This document shows positions 1 through 11,803 of a stretch of 64,000 bases of DNA, piece by piece. A model generated the notes under the pieces. That model saw only the letters and a program-made list of their open reading frames with translations. It was not told the origin of the DNA and did no database searches. Position numbers and translations under genes: made by a program. Location: NCBI GenBank assembly GCA_963924565.1, contig OZ004607.1, positions 30,628,001 through 30,692,000 on the forward strand, in the 5' to 3' direction. The DNA comes from Ascidiella aspersa. Lineage: Eukaryota. Numbering within the stretch: position 1 is the stretch's first letter; the number at the start of each line of letters is the position of its first letter.

Positions 1-579
1 ATTTATAAATGAAATGTTTATTTGGGTTGACGTAAAAAACAGTTGAAAAATATTTTTCTACTAAGCTGCTTTGCCTAATGTAGGACTACCATGTGTACCC
101 GTTTTCAAAGAAAACTTAATGGTCCCAGACTGAAACCACTGAAAAGTGCCTGATTGTTTTCCTTTTTTGCATTTTGCGTTTTCTTGCTTATCTAGAATTA
201 TATTTTTGAGAGAGACCTAAATTAAGTCAAACCCTTTTCGGTGACACAAATGTGCCTATCATATTTCCAATCTATCTTTTATTTTGAAAAAATAAAGCGA
301 AACATCTAACATTGTGTGAATCCGCCAAAAAATTGCCTTGTTTTTCTCTATTTTTTCTGTTACTTTTGTTGCATATGAGTATGATAATTCAAAACCAAGT
401 GATTAATTTTTTGAATGTAAAACTCTGTGTTCATTCCACTTTTTGTCATCGTTTTAGGCAAATTGTCATCTTTCGGCCTTGAAAAAAAATTGTAGGCTCT
501 TTTTACCGCTAATCAACTAAGTCACTCTTGTCACTTCATAGTTTTAAACTTTTAAGCAATCATGAATTTACAATGCTAG

Positions 580-1405
580 GTTGCCGCTGGCATGGAGGCC
601 ACACTTAACCTGGAGATATACGCGATCGCCGTGGGCGTTGAGGGCGACTCGGGCGTCGGAACCGTCAACCACCAGCTGGAGATCGTGACCGAAACTGACA
701 TCATCTACCTTCCCGTTACAGCAAATATCCTTTGTCCGTTAAAAATATTTGTTAACGCTACAAATAATACTAATCTTAAAGTGTACTAATTCCCATACTA
801 TATAAAACTGATTCTATACTATAGAATCATAAACTGTAGTACTTGGACAGCATGTTTAAGGGAAATTCGTATAATTGTACAAATTATTAACACAACTAAA
901 TTTGTGCTAAGAATATTTTTGTCTCTGATAATTATTTTTGTATTGACGCCGTTGAGAGAAAGGCACAAATAAACCTATGAGCCAATAGTAGTATAAAAGT
1001 AATAATTTTTTTTTTTATCGGGATGTAAAAATTCGTGATTTCTTGAGCGATAGGAAAAATATTGCTCTTTGCGCCGCCATGTTAACTTTGTTTGTTACAC
1101 ATATAGAACCCCTTGTTCGCATGACACTTAACTATTTGCTATAGTGATTTGTTAATGGATTTTATTAATAATCTAAACGAAATAGTGATTTTCAGGGCAG
1201 GGTTTTAATGTAATCATAACCTAAAAACTGATGAGTCAGAAATTTGCCCTTAACCGCCAAATCACTAGTCTTGACCGCTCACGACTTCGACAATCGAAAT
1301 GACGTCATGCCCCCCGGCGGGAAAGCCCCGGGGGTAAAGCTGTGCTCAAACAAACCGCCTTCGAGAGACGGGATACTTCGGCCTGTGCGGATCGGCGCCA
1401 GCTAA
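580..1405 (+). CDS. SPAG17: Sperm-associated antigen 17 (PF6 central-pair protein) homolog, last two coding exons (580-724, 1266-1405); gene starts upstream of the window
   Basis: Spliced translation VAAGMEATLNLEIYAIAVGVEGDSGVGTVNHQLEIVTETDIIYLPVTA-I-VLTAHDFDNRNDVMPPGGKAPGVKLCSNKPPSRDGILRPVRIGAS* resembles the SPAG17 C-terminus as I recall it (VAAGM..LN.E....AVG..G......H..EI.TE.....LPV.A.VLT). AG acceptor at 578-579, stop TAA at 1403-1405, AATAAA near 1685. Confidence 0.8.
725..1265 (+). other. U12-type (minor spliceosome) AT-AC intron
   Basis: 5' end ATATCCTTTG at 725 matches the U12 consensus; branch point CCTTAAC at 1248-1254; terminal AC at 1264-1265; splicing keeps the reading frame. 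Confidence 0.88.
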
Positions 1406-2401
1406 AAATGTAAAGTACTTTTTTTTTATTCTGGTGATATTTTCACTTTCTAACCTGATTGTTTGTAAAAATTAAGACCTGATTTCTCTGTAAAATTCCG
1501 TAGAAATAATATGTGACAGTTTTGTTTTGCTAATTAAGAAATAAGATGCTTTATTTTTAGATTTCGACGGCGCGACCATCTTTGCTGAACGTTTAATTTG
1601 TATTTGTGTGTTTCGTGTCACGCATTTTTAAAGTATAGTTTATGTTTTCTGAAATTGTTGTGCTATTTTTACTGTTGGTCTATCAATAAATTTTACGCTG
1701 TTTTTCAAAAATAAACGTTGTACGAAATATGTTAAACTAAACCTTTGACAGAAAAGTAGGAACTGTTTCAAGTAACTCCTAATGGATCGAAAGACACGAA
1801 CTCTCTATAAAATGACGGTTAGAGTATTAAATTGATTAACAATGCAGTATATCGTTCCTGTATACGATTTTTGCAGAAGCAGTTCACTAATGCCCTCTAT
1901 ATGACAAACTGATCTGTTTGTCTATCTTCTAGATAGACTAGACTCTAATCTAGGGTTAAGGTATAGACAGCGATTCAAGCAATCATACTCTGTCGTTGTA
2001 TCCTATATATATATAGCACAAATCCATCCATAAATACCCTTGTTCAAATGTTGGGTTGTAATTGTTAGCGCAACTCAGCCTTTTTAGCTGGGGTTGCCAT
2101 ACGTCAGTTCCAACCGAAATCGTATTAGCCCGAATGCGCCTTGCGTCTCACCACACCATCGAAAACGACAATTTGAGAAACTTAAACTATATTTAAAGGC
2201 ATTTTTCATGCAGCACGCCATTGTTTTCCATCTTTTAATTTAAGAATACGTCACGTTTTAACATAACGTTTTGTTGTTTTAAAAAAAAAAATTTTTAAGT
2301 GATTTCTGAGTTTTTTTAAGTGCAGTGATGTGGAGTTGGCCAATGCAACCGCGGTAAACTTGTCATGGATTTCGCAACTCGAAACATGGCCCCTTTTTTA
2401 A

Positions 2402-2893
2402 CACACTCTTAAGACCGATGAGTTTTCTTTAAAATTCAAAATTACCGCTCGCGCCTGGTTGATCGTAGGGCGCAGGCCCAAACAGGACTATACCTCTACC
2501 GGAAGTTTTCTGAAAAAACGACGGACTGTGGTAAAATGCCACTTGCGCTGGCCTAATCTGCTATTCTGGCAGATAGTCCTCCTTCTGTCCACAAAGCCTA
2601 ATATTGCCCTCTTCGTCCTAACAACGCGGGACCGGCCCAAGTCCTCGAAGTGCGAGTTTGAAACAACACGAAGCCGAGTGGCTCGAATAACAAAGCTGCA
2701 GTTGGTTCAGGCCCCAGACGTGTCCAACGGAAAGTTGCGCAGAAAGGCCAAACAAAGAGGCGTCCTTTAGCCAAGTGAAACCAATACACTTGTTCAGGTG
2801 CGCCAGAGCAGCTATAGGCCGATAAGCAGGGGCAATTTCGGCGACGAAATTAATTTTCCCCATGCCATAAAGGGCCTCGTGATTAAGAGTGTG
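2402..2893. mobile_element. Possible non-autonomous DNA element with 11-bp terminal inverted repeats
   Basis: CACACTCTTAA at 2402 and TTAAGAGTGTG ending at 2893 bracket a GC-richer segment; no clear TSD. Confidence 0.4.
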
Positions 2894-3203
2894 GCGTTGT
2901 TGGTTTAGCTCGGAGGCGAGATTTGCCGGTTGCTACGTGAATTTCAACTTGTATCTCGCCGCGTTTCGCGAAATTCTTAAGTTGATTGATGGTTAAACTT
3001 CTATCTTAATCACCAGAAAAGGTATGCGGATGGTCATCAAAGGCGCGTTTAGTTAACCAAACCAATTAAACTTGATATCTGGCTTTATAAGGTTTTCGAT
3101 CTTGTGTTAAATCGCATCGATTTTAAAGACAGGTAGTTATCGCGAATCAAGTTAGATATCGTGGCGACTCTTAGGCAAGTGGAGTTTGTTTCTGGAAGCG
3201 GCT

Positions 3204-6200
3204 ATGAGTGACAATAAACTTAACATGGAAGTGACGGATGCTTGGTACGGAAATCAACATAACCTCTTGCAGTTTAGAAGGCCGTTTTTAGTTCTCGGGG
3301 TAAGTTTTGTTTTTTAGTCCTTTTTTACCCTCTTTAATAACGCAGAGTTCCGCTAAAATAAACACTAAGGATTTTTGTACATCGATCCCAATCCTATGTG
3401 TCTATTGCTTAAGATAAGAAATGTAGGCCTACACAGAAAACCTATTTAGTGCCAGTTTAAAAAAATCAGTGTAAAAGATTTTTCTATTTCGCTCGTCTAC
3501 ATAGATACAAAGATGCACATGCATTCTGTTCAGCCAAATTCCGTGATTCGAGATGTCCGTATTCGGATCAAAATTAAAACTAAGTTTAATTATATCGGTT
3601 GACGTTCGGATTTTTATGTGTTATCTCACTGTTTACAGACTTTCATTCCTTAAATTTAACAGAAGATTCCGAATTCGTCTGTTGTTACATGTCAACTACA
3701 TCAGGGGTCGGCAACCTTTTTTTGCATCTTGGAACTCTAAAAAACTAAAATTTTATCGCGGATCGGCATTAAAAACAAGAAATGCTTATTTATGAAAAAT
3801 TATTACAGCTTTGGTGAATGATACCTTTGAGCTTGTTTTGATGCAAAGTCCAAAATAATTTGATAAGACAACAAAGTTACGTCATAGTAGAACCTAATAT
3901 AATATAGAATTACGAGAAGTACAAACGACAGATCGCCACAAGTGTAGACCTACGCCCGGACGGGTAACAAACTTCTCGCGGACCGGTGTTCGCCGACCCC
4001 TAGATTACATCATTTAGTGACATGTTTCTTGCCCTTCTTTAGTCAACGTAGGCTATGGCATTTTCAGACGCTTCGGTCTTTTTCATACCCATATGGACGT
4101 GAATTTATATATGCATCGTTTTTAACCAACTTCAATTTTCCTAAGGCGATCCAGTTGACCTTGGGCCTTCTGGCTATTATTGTGTCCGCCATCAACCTGG
4201 CGCTTATCATTAATAATACCGAGGAAGACGAAGTGACTATATTGCAACTGATCACCCCAGGCCTGTGGGCGGGTTTCATTGTGAGCTCAATTTTAACGTT
4301 TTTTATTTCTTAAGGCTTGCTCGTTTTTATTTTATTATAGTCCAAGTCATGCTGCAATGATTACAGTCTTAAAAAAAACTGATCAATCGATTTTTAGATC
4401 TCTATACGTAAAAATCATTGCTTCTCTATATTTGTGTTGTGCTTGCTGGTTAATCATTTCTGTGTTTATCTTCATTGGTAAAATAAATATTGCCCTATTC
4501 GCTCTGTAATTTGATAAGTTTTTACTGCCCACAACACAGTTTCGTGATTTATAAATACTTTTTAATTTCGTTTTCTAGACTATTCGTAGATAGTAAAAGA
4601 AGTAAATCGTAAATGCAAATTTATTACCCGAAATTATTTTACTGCCGTTATATCCCTGTCGTAACTTTTTGCCTTGATGCGATACTAATTTGCCGTTCAA
4701 AGTAATTTTATGAAATATACTAAATATTACAAGTATTCCCAATATTGTTATAATGATCATTTTTATTGCAATAAAGAAGTATGGGATGAAACTAAATCGC
4801 AGTTGTTTTATTTAGTTCATCGTAGCTGGCTCACTCAGTGTTTCTGCAAGCAAACATCTTACGCAAGCTCAGGTTGGTTGCATAAAAAACATTTGTTGGT
4901 GTCAATTAGACTAAAACTACTGAACTTTGTATTGGATTGTATTACTAACGAACACGTTTGCGTTTTTTTTTACAGTTGTAGTTTTGAATTAGACTCTTTC
5001 TGATGTTAGGCAAAACGAAGTAAGTTTGTGTAAACATGGTCTTACTGAACTTTTCAACCCGAAAAAACGTCTTTTAATATATTAAATCTCTTTGCGACCC
5101 TTTCAGAGGTTTAACAATAACAAACAGAACATTTCCTTGTCTTCTGCACGAGTTTGTCGACGTTATGGCCAAATTTGTGGGATTGTGTTATTATTCGGTT
5201 TGACATTTGCTATTCATATCTTAGCAAAATACCATTACACAGATTGTTACACTTTAACTCCTCTAGTGACCTACTACAGATCGAGATCCTTTGAGAAGCG
5301 CAGACGTAAACTATTTTGCCTCAAAATGATTAAGTTACACTTGCGTAGGCTACAACTGTGATTCACTTTGTAGAGCGGGAATGTGTGGTTTCGATAAGCC
5401 CTTCCAAATGCACCCAGTGTTCTATATTGCGCCACAGTTTGATACTGTTGCTTTGGTATAGATTACCGGAGCACTGACTGTGAGCATCTTTGCCGCCCTT
5501 TTCGCTGCTGGCATGCTGACGATTGAGATACTGAACAGCCTGCGAGCACACTTCTGCATGGTCGACGATTGTTCGGTAAGTACAATCTTGCCTTGAATGT
5601 GAAACACTTTGTTTGCTGATGCTAAAGCGTCCACCATCACCTAAAATTAATGAGACTACACTAAAAATTTGAATTTATGTTTGCCTTAATAAACGCTTGA
5701 AAAATTCGAATGCTAAACTTTGTTAAGAGGGGTGTTCGTTTACTAAAAGGGATGGCGATAAAACATTTTGTCTAACATTTCGTAGAATTACATAAGACTG
5801 CATTAACAAGTTTCAATTTATGTTTGCCTCAAGAATCGCTTAAAACTTCGTGATCTATCGAAACACTTTACCTTAACATCACCAACCTCCAAACCTAACA
5901 TATTCTGCAAAAGCCTAAAGGTCCCAGCAAATCACAATCCTAATTCACACTGTTTAATAGCAAGCTTTGTTTAGCTGGTTTCAGTCGAAGCGCAATCATA
6001 AATTTAATGCGGGCCGGCAAACTGTCGGTAAAGTCTAGATCAGTGATTCGCAACCTTTTATAACTTGCGGCAACCCTCAGAAATAATAAATAGATTGCAG
6101 CACCCCTTCACGATTTTTCACAATAAACCGAACTGGAACAACACCCATAACCTCCATTCTACGTAGGAAGTTATATTTTATTTATTCTACTGTAATCTTA

Positions 6201-7768
6201 CACAAAAATTTGTAAAAGTTGAGCGAAAATAAGATTTCTTAAAGATTCTTAAATATCTCTTGGCACCCTTGAGGCTTAGAAATGGCACCCCAGGGTGATT
6301 GAGAACCACTGTTCTAGATCTACAAGTTGACAAGGTTTATATTCGCGGACATTCCTCTACTTTTCGACAGGTTGACGAAAGCCTGATGGACTCGCTGTTG
6401 CGTGAGATGGAGCCCGACGAAGACAAGACTGTCGAGTTTTACTTGTTCGTCATTCACTCTTCCCTTTGCGGAATCGCCTTGGTTGAGTTGCTGGCGGCCG
6501 TTGTCACGGCGGCGTACGGTTGTAGGGTGATGTGCTGTCGGGGGCGGGTAGGTTTCTGTAAGGAAAACTCGCTTTGTTTTGTTCTTTCATTTTCAGCTGG
6601 AAACTTATAAAAAAATGCAATATCAAACAAAAATTATCGGATAATATCGAGTAGCACTTCTTTGCAGACTCTTGTTCCTGAAGCAATATTTCGCGAGTAG
6701 AAGTTTAATATTTGTTGCCTATACAGCGTCAGACATCAATAAACTCACAATTCTACCACTTGCCACAACACTTGCAAAATATTTTTTGCTATTTTTCCCA
6801 ATTAAACGTTTTTCCTAAAATATTATCATTACAGCATAACTCATTTAAATTTCACTGGGATATTTTAAAAGATTAGTACTTTTAATAGGGTGCTTTGAGG
6901 TTTGATAGGCTACTTTTTTTAGACTGCAGTTGTCGACATTGCAGATGAGGATATAACAGGTTTGGACCGAAAATCACACCTAAATGAAGGTAATGCGATA
7001 TCAATAACTATTTTATGTTTGTTACTGTGGTTTCACTCAATCAGTTTTTTCTGTATTGATTATAGAGGTCAGTAAACTCTTTTTAAAGGTTTGTATTAAT
7101 GGGTCGGATGCCGAGAGAAATTTTCATGTGTTTCGCGTTTTTTTTGCAAACTTTAAAAATAATATAGTCGTATTACATTGCACACTATACACAATTATAT
7201 GTCTGATAATATTATGTTTTTTACCTCTGGCAATGTTATGTATTAAGGGCGAAAAAAAATGTATAGTGAGCGTAATAAAATTCATCGCTTAGTTAGCATA
7301 GGAAAAAAAATCATAATTTTCTTATATTTGCATTCGACAAGCATTTTCCTTATTATAGAATTACCCACGCGGGTCATGGTTTGGTAACTGCTGACGTAGG
7401 TGGATGTAGGCCTTAAATAAACACGTAATAAACTGTATTTTGGTAATAGATAAAAGTTCCTATATGCAAATACGCCTTCTGTTATTCATGTAATCCATAA
7501 ATCAACATGACCTATCTGTGGGAACCAACTAATCGTCTTGTTTTCATTTTGGTTTTAGGCTTTGTCCAGGAGTCGTCCAACGCCTTCAAGGTAGTTGCAA
7601 AATAAATTATCATTTTTTATTGACTTAACTGTAAATTTATTTTGAATATATCAATGTTTGTAGTGTTTGCTCGTATGACATGCTTCAAATAACTTGCCAC
7701 ATTATTTAAGTCCATTTAAGTTCACAATTGTGTTTTAGGCTCCACGTTACGAAGACACAGATGCTTGA
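3204..7768 (+). CDS. MS4A/CD20-like four-transmembrane protein 1 (~235 aa, 8 exons: 3204-3299, 4146-4280, 4816-4872, 5462-5575, 6371-6547, 6923-6989, 7559-7590, 7739-7768)
   Basis: All junctions are GT-AG and in frame. Translation has LG-AIQLTLG (TM1), PGLWAGFI-FIVAGSLSV (TM2), ITGALTVSIFAALFAAG (TM3), a Cys-containing loop, and TM4 ending ELLAAVVTAAYGCRVMCC, all typical of the CD20/MS4A family. Confidence 0.82.
3702..4002. mobile_element. hAT-type MITE in intron 1 of MS4A-like gene 1
   Basis: TIRs CAGGGGTCGGCAAC / GTTCGCCGACCCCTA; degenerate 8-bp TSD AACTACAT / GATTACAT. Confidence 0.65.
6041..6311. mobile_element. hAT-type MITE (same family as 9746-10026)
   Basis: TIRs CAGTGATTCGCAAC / TTGAGAACCACTG; TSD GTCTAGAT / TTCTAGAT; internal GGCACCC repeats. 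Confidence 0.78.
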
Positions 7769-7899
7769 GATGAAAATCTGTCAACAAATCAGACTTTGTT
7801 GAAATATTTAACCGAGGCAGGCTTTCGTTGCTGCAGTACTGTTTTTAGCTGTTTTATACTTTGTGTTTTATAATATTAGTTGTTTTTTTTTAATTAGAA

Positions 7900-8380
7900 A
7901 GTTAGTTTTTAAAGGCCTATATCTGTCATGTTTTGTCTATCAACCTTTCTGTAAAGCTTGTTTCTTCCTTTTCTGACTAGTATAGTTTTGACGATTTAAA
8001 AGATGAAAACGTGTTTAGCATGATGGACACCCGCTTCGAGAAATAATCAGTTACAACAAACGTCCAATTGTTAGGTCACAATCGGAACATTTTACAATTA
8101 AACCAATGTGGCGTGGTAGCCTAACAAATTAATAAAATAAATAGATGTTTTAAATAAATGCTGTAACTATTATGTTAAAATGGTATACGTTTTTTACATG
8201 AGTCAAATATACAATTTTATCTAATAAATGTACAAATTTTAACACCGTCTTTATTGCTTTAAATTAGGAAACTATAGTACTTTATTGTTTGTCAAATAAG
8301 CAAAATGCAAGATAAAAGCATTCTACATAAAATTCATAGCTGTAACATTTTTTATCGAAACATCATAGTCATATTTAATA
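7900..8380 (+). repeat. Diverged direct repeat of 18095-18430; the pair flanks the copy-A receptor cassette
   Basis: Shared blocks such as TAGTTTTT...CTATATCTGT.ATGTTTTGTC, AATAAATGTACAAATTTTAACAC and GTACTTTATTGTTTGTCA occur in both places in the same order. Confidence 0.75.
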
Positions 8381-8449
8381 TTAAGCAAAAAGTTAATGTA
8401 AAGATGCTCATTTATTTAGTCCGGTTCTTACACAAAACTATCAAATACG

Positions 8450-9360
8450 TTGAACCACTTTACAAAGTTCATCAAATGACTGCGTTGTTTATTATAAACG
8501 TTGTCATACCTTCCAAAATACCAGTTTGAATCGAAAAATTGTTATTACGAACTTTTTTCATTATAATATTTGTTACATTTTTACTAGTCGTGGCAACGTA
8601 AGTGAAAAAACAAATATTAGGTGTCAAACAACTTGTTCAATTTTTTATGTATATTTGCTGCTTCCTTTGCAAGTTGAAAAAAGGCAATTTTATTATTTAA
8701 ATTCTTGATATAGCAATCTTAATGGTAGCTGCTTCCTGTGAAAATATCTATAATGACAGTTCAGTCAGTTAATGACATTTTGAGTTATGAATTTAGCACG
8801 TATATAGGGAAAAACAAATATTGATACAAAAATAGGCAGCTGAATAATGTGATTTTAAAAAGATTGACATAAATAATTATATTCTGCTACTAATGGTCGT
8901 ATTAATCCCTTTAATGCAATATGTCCAATTTTAGTTTTAGAGGATTTATTACGAAATATGAAACTGTTGTCGTAGTAACAATAAACTATAGATAGATTTT
9001 AATTATGATTGTTTATGATGACCAATTTTCGTTTTAATGAGGTGAAATTTGATATTAATGATGCAAAATAACAGAGTAACTTTAGATACACTAGCACATT
9101 ATAAACGTGTGGTAATGGTAACACGTAAGTCAACACGTAATGATATTAAAATTTGGCATTTTATAGGAATAGGTTTTGTTAAATAAACATATTCGTCCGA
9201 TCTAAGAAATTGAAGTTGGAGCAATCAACATTCTTTTTGTTGTCTCTATTGGACATGCTTTTTTGAATTGGAAATTGTTATGTGAACTTGCTTTTGAGTA
9301 ACTTTCTGCCATTTTGGAGAGTAACCTATTTGCATTTCATACACACGTAACTAATCAAAA
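8450..9360 (+). repeat. Inverted diverged copy of 62210-63775 (region upstream of the SLC43 gene), lacking the nested MITEs
   Basis: ATGACTGCGTTGTTTATTATAAACG, GAATCGAAAAATTGTTATTAC, TTTTCGTTTTAATGAGGTGAAATTT and TTTTGTTAAATAAACATA..GTCCGATCT all occur as reverse complements, in colinear order, at 62.2-63.8 kb. Confidence 0.8.
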
Positions 9361-9745
9361 AAGAAAAAAAAAATGACCATTGTAAACGTGACCCTTACCG
9401 AAGCAACCTAGCTGATTGTTTTCCACGTCAAATGCAAGGGTATAATAGAAAAAACAATAGAATCTGCTATAACTGACCAAAACATTAATAGCTGCGCCAT
9501 TAACATAGACCACGAAATAGCAATATTTACTCGGATATTCCTAAACACAGCCCAAGTGCAGACCTAACATTTGCCTTGTCCTAAATATTCCTACGCTCTT
9601 TAGAAACTTCAAATTAACTTGAATACTAAATATTGCACCCTTTGCGATAGCGGAAACCATTAAGGATTTTTAATAGCATATTAAGAAAACTAAACCTAAC
9701 AATTTTGGTTTGTATTATTTTCTTTGGAACCAGCAGCTGTTAATT

Positions 9746-10026
9746 CAGTGATTCTTAACCTTTTATGGCTTACGGAATCCCTAAGAAATAATAAATAGAT
9801 TGTCGGCACCCCGACTGGAAATTTTCGTTGAAAGATTTACTAAAATGTCACTTTAAATAGAACTGAAACAACACAACACAAAACAATACTGTACACATAG
9901 TTGTATCAAGAAGCTTAACAATTAAGCCAAAATCAGATTCTGAAAAATTCTCAAATACCTATCGGCACCCTTGACCGTTAGAAATGGCACACCAAGGCGC
10001 CGCGGCACCCCGGATGAGAACTACTG
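9746..10026. mobile_element. hAT-type MITE
   Basis: TIRs CAGTGATTCTTAACC / GGATGAGAACTACTG; TSD TGTTAATT / CCTTAATT; internally similar to 6041-6311. Confidence 0.72.
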
Positions 10027-11803
10027 CCTTAATTTATACAATCACATTTAAAATGATATTTTATAGGTTTCGGGGATATGGATAATATGCCTTTTAACTT
10101 TGGTGTAAAGTTTGAAAACAATTGTTGTATGTTTATACTCCTAGCGGTAGTTGAGTCTTTACACAGTGTTTAAAAATTGACTTCCGGCGATAAAAGATAC
10201 CATAGGTTTTACAAAAGTTTCAAATATTAACAAAAATTCTTAAGTTACACCTGGAATATTGCATAAGTCAAGATACCTGCTTTGATGTATGATTTTCGTG
10301 TTTTTTTTTACCCTGAAAACTTATTCTTACCAAAGGCAAGTAACACACCTCCGGGAAAGTATCTGCACACCTGATTTGGTCACGCGGCACAACGGTTGCA
10401 GAGCACTGCAATAGATTGAGCCTAGCGTTGGCATTTGCGCCACGCGGCCATTAAAATAATAAACACTAATGACAGAGCTGAGTGTGAAATTTGGTCAGTG
10501 ACTGGCCGTCAAGGAGAGAATAAAACATGGTGCAACATTTATCACCTAATTAAGTTGGGGCCCGCAACATTAGCACAAAAACGGATGTTGAGTGATCAAT
10601 GAGCAAAAGATAATAAAAAACGACGAATCACCTGTAAAGCTGCCAATAGCTTGAATAAAATCGTCAATTTTTAACTGAAGAGGCACAGATGGTGTGAGTA
10701 TAGTGAACGCTGATCAAGGCCGATTTTAGCGGATTCGTTTTACACCAATGAATGGACTTAGTTATTTAGTTAGTTATAATGAAATGAGTGATGAAATATA
10801 TGCCGGAATACCTAAACTTTTTTAAGGGTCTCAATATGTTTGTTAGGTTTATTATTTGCATGTAAGTCTATACCAGAACTAGTTTGGAAGTTTCTAACTC
10901 TTTTACAAAGTAACTGATAAAAAACGAGGGTGAAAAGTGACCGACAACGTGTTGTACCTTGGGGAGCGTTGATGATAAGTGAAAAATTACGATGTAACGA
11001 AGCCACTAAATATTTGCAGAACTTCAGTGGTTGACCTGCATGAACCGAATGGGTTATCCGTTATACCTTTGGACAGCATTGCATTTGCCTGCGGTGAGTT
11101 TTGGCCGACCGTGCTTTTCGCGGGCAACATTAAAATATATTATGTGTGTGGTTGTGTTGTTTGTTTGGTGTACGAGGCAAAAACTTTTTGTTGCGGGCAA
11201 ATTTCTTCAAAAGTAAGTCCTTAACTTGCGGACCCTTCGTTGCGGACCTAGCCGATGCATTTTTGTGGTTGCGAATTTGCAGTGCAAAACATTTGAAGAG
11301 AATAGCATTCCATGATAAGCTTAAAGCATTCCAATTCTAGGCTCTAAGTTTCATAAAATCGCCTATGCTATAGTCAGCCAAAAGGGCGACTTTAGGTGTT
11401 GCTTAATTCATTTCCAAACGAAGCAATAGAAACTTTAATTCAAGGTCGGATTAGTTACAATTTAGGATCCATCTAATTGCATGCAAGGAATTAGTTAAAA
11501 ACGTTATAAATGGCAGTCTGTATACATTTATACATTATTACTTAAATAAAAGTAGTAACAACACCTTATTCTGCGGTAAATATAAATCAAAGTTTTAGGT
11601 AAGGTCTGATTGTATTTTGGCAACGGTAGGATATCGATGTATAGGGGACCATAAAATAAAAGGGGATACAATACAAGGGATATTTATCGGGAAGCTTGTG
11701 TTGCTAAAATACCAAGTAAAATGCGAATAAGTTCTCAAGTTTGTGTTGTATGTCATTTAACGTAATGTTTTTCCTCGCTGCAGAACTTTTCATGTACTTA
11801 GTA

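Noticed and set aside
592-789. 65-aa ORF as a standalone gene
   Set aside because: It is a SPAG17 exon read through into the AT-AC intron.
2459-2863. Overlapping 63-103 aa ORFs
   Set aside because: No recognisable motifs or splice structure; they fall inside a probable repeat.
4398-4477. Possible extra exon in MS4A-like gene 1
   Set aside because: It would break the frame and separate GFI from FIVAGSL, which are contiguous in the family motif and in gene 2.
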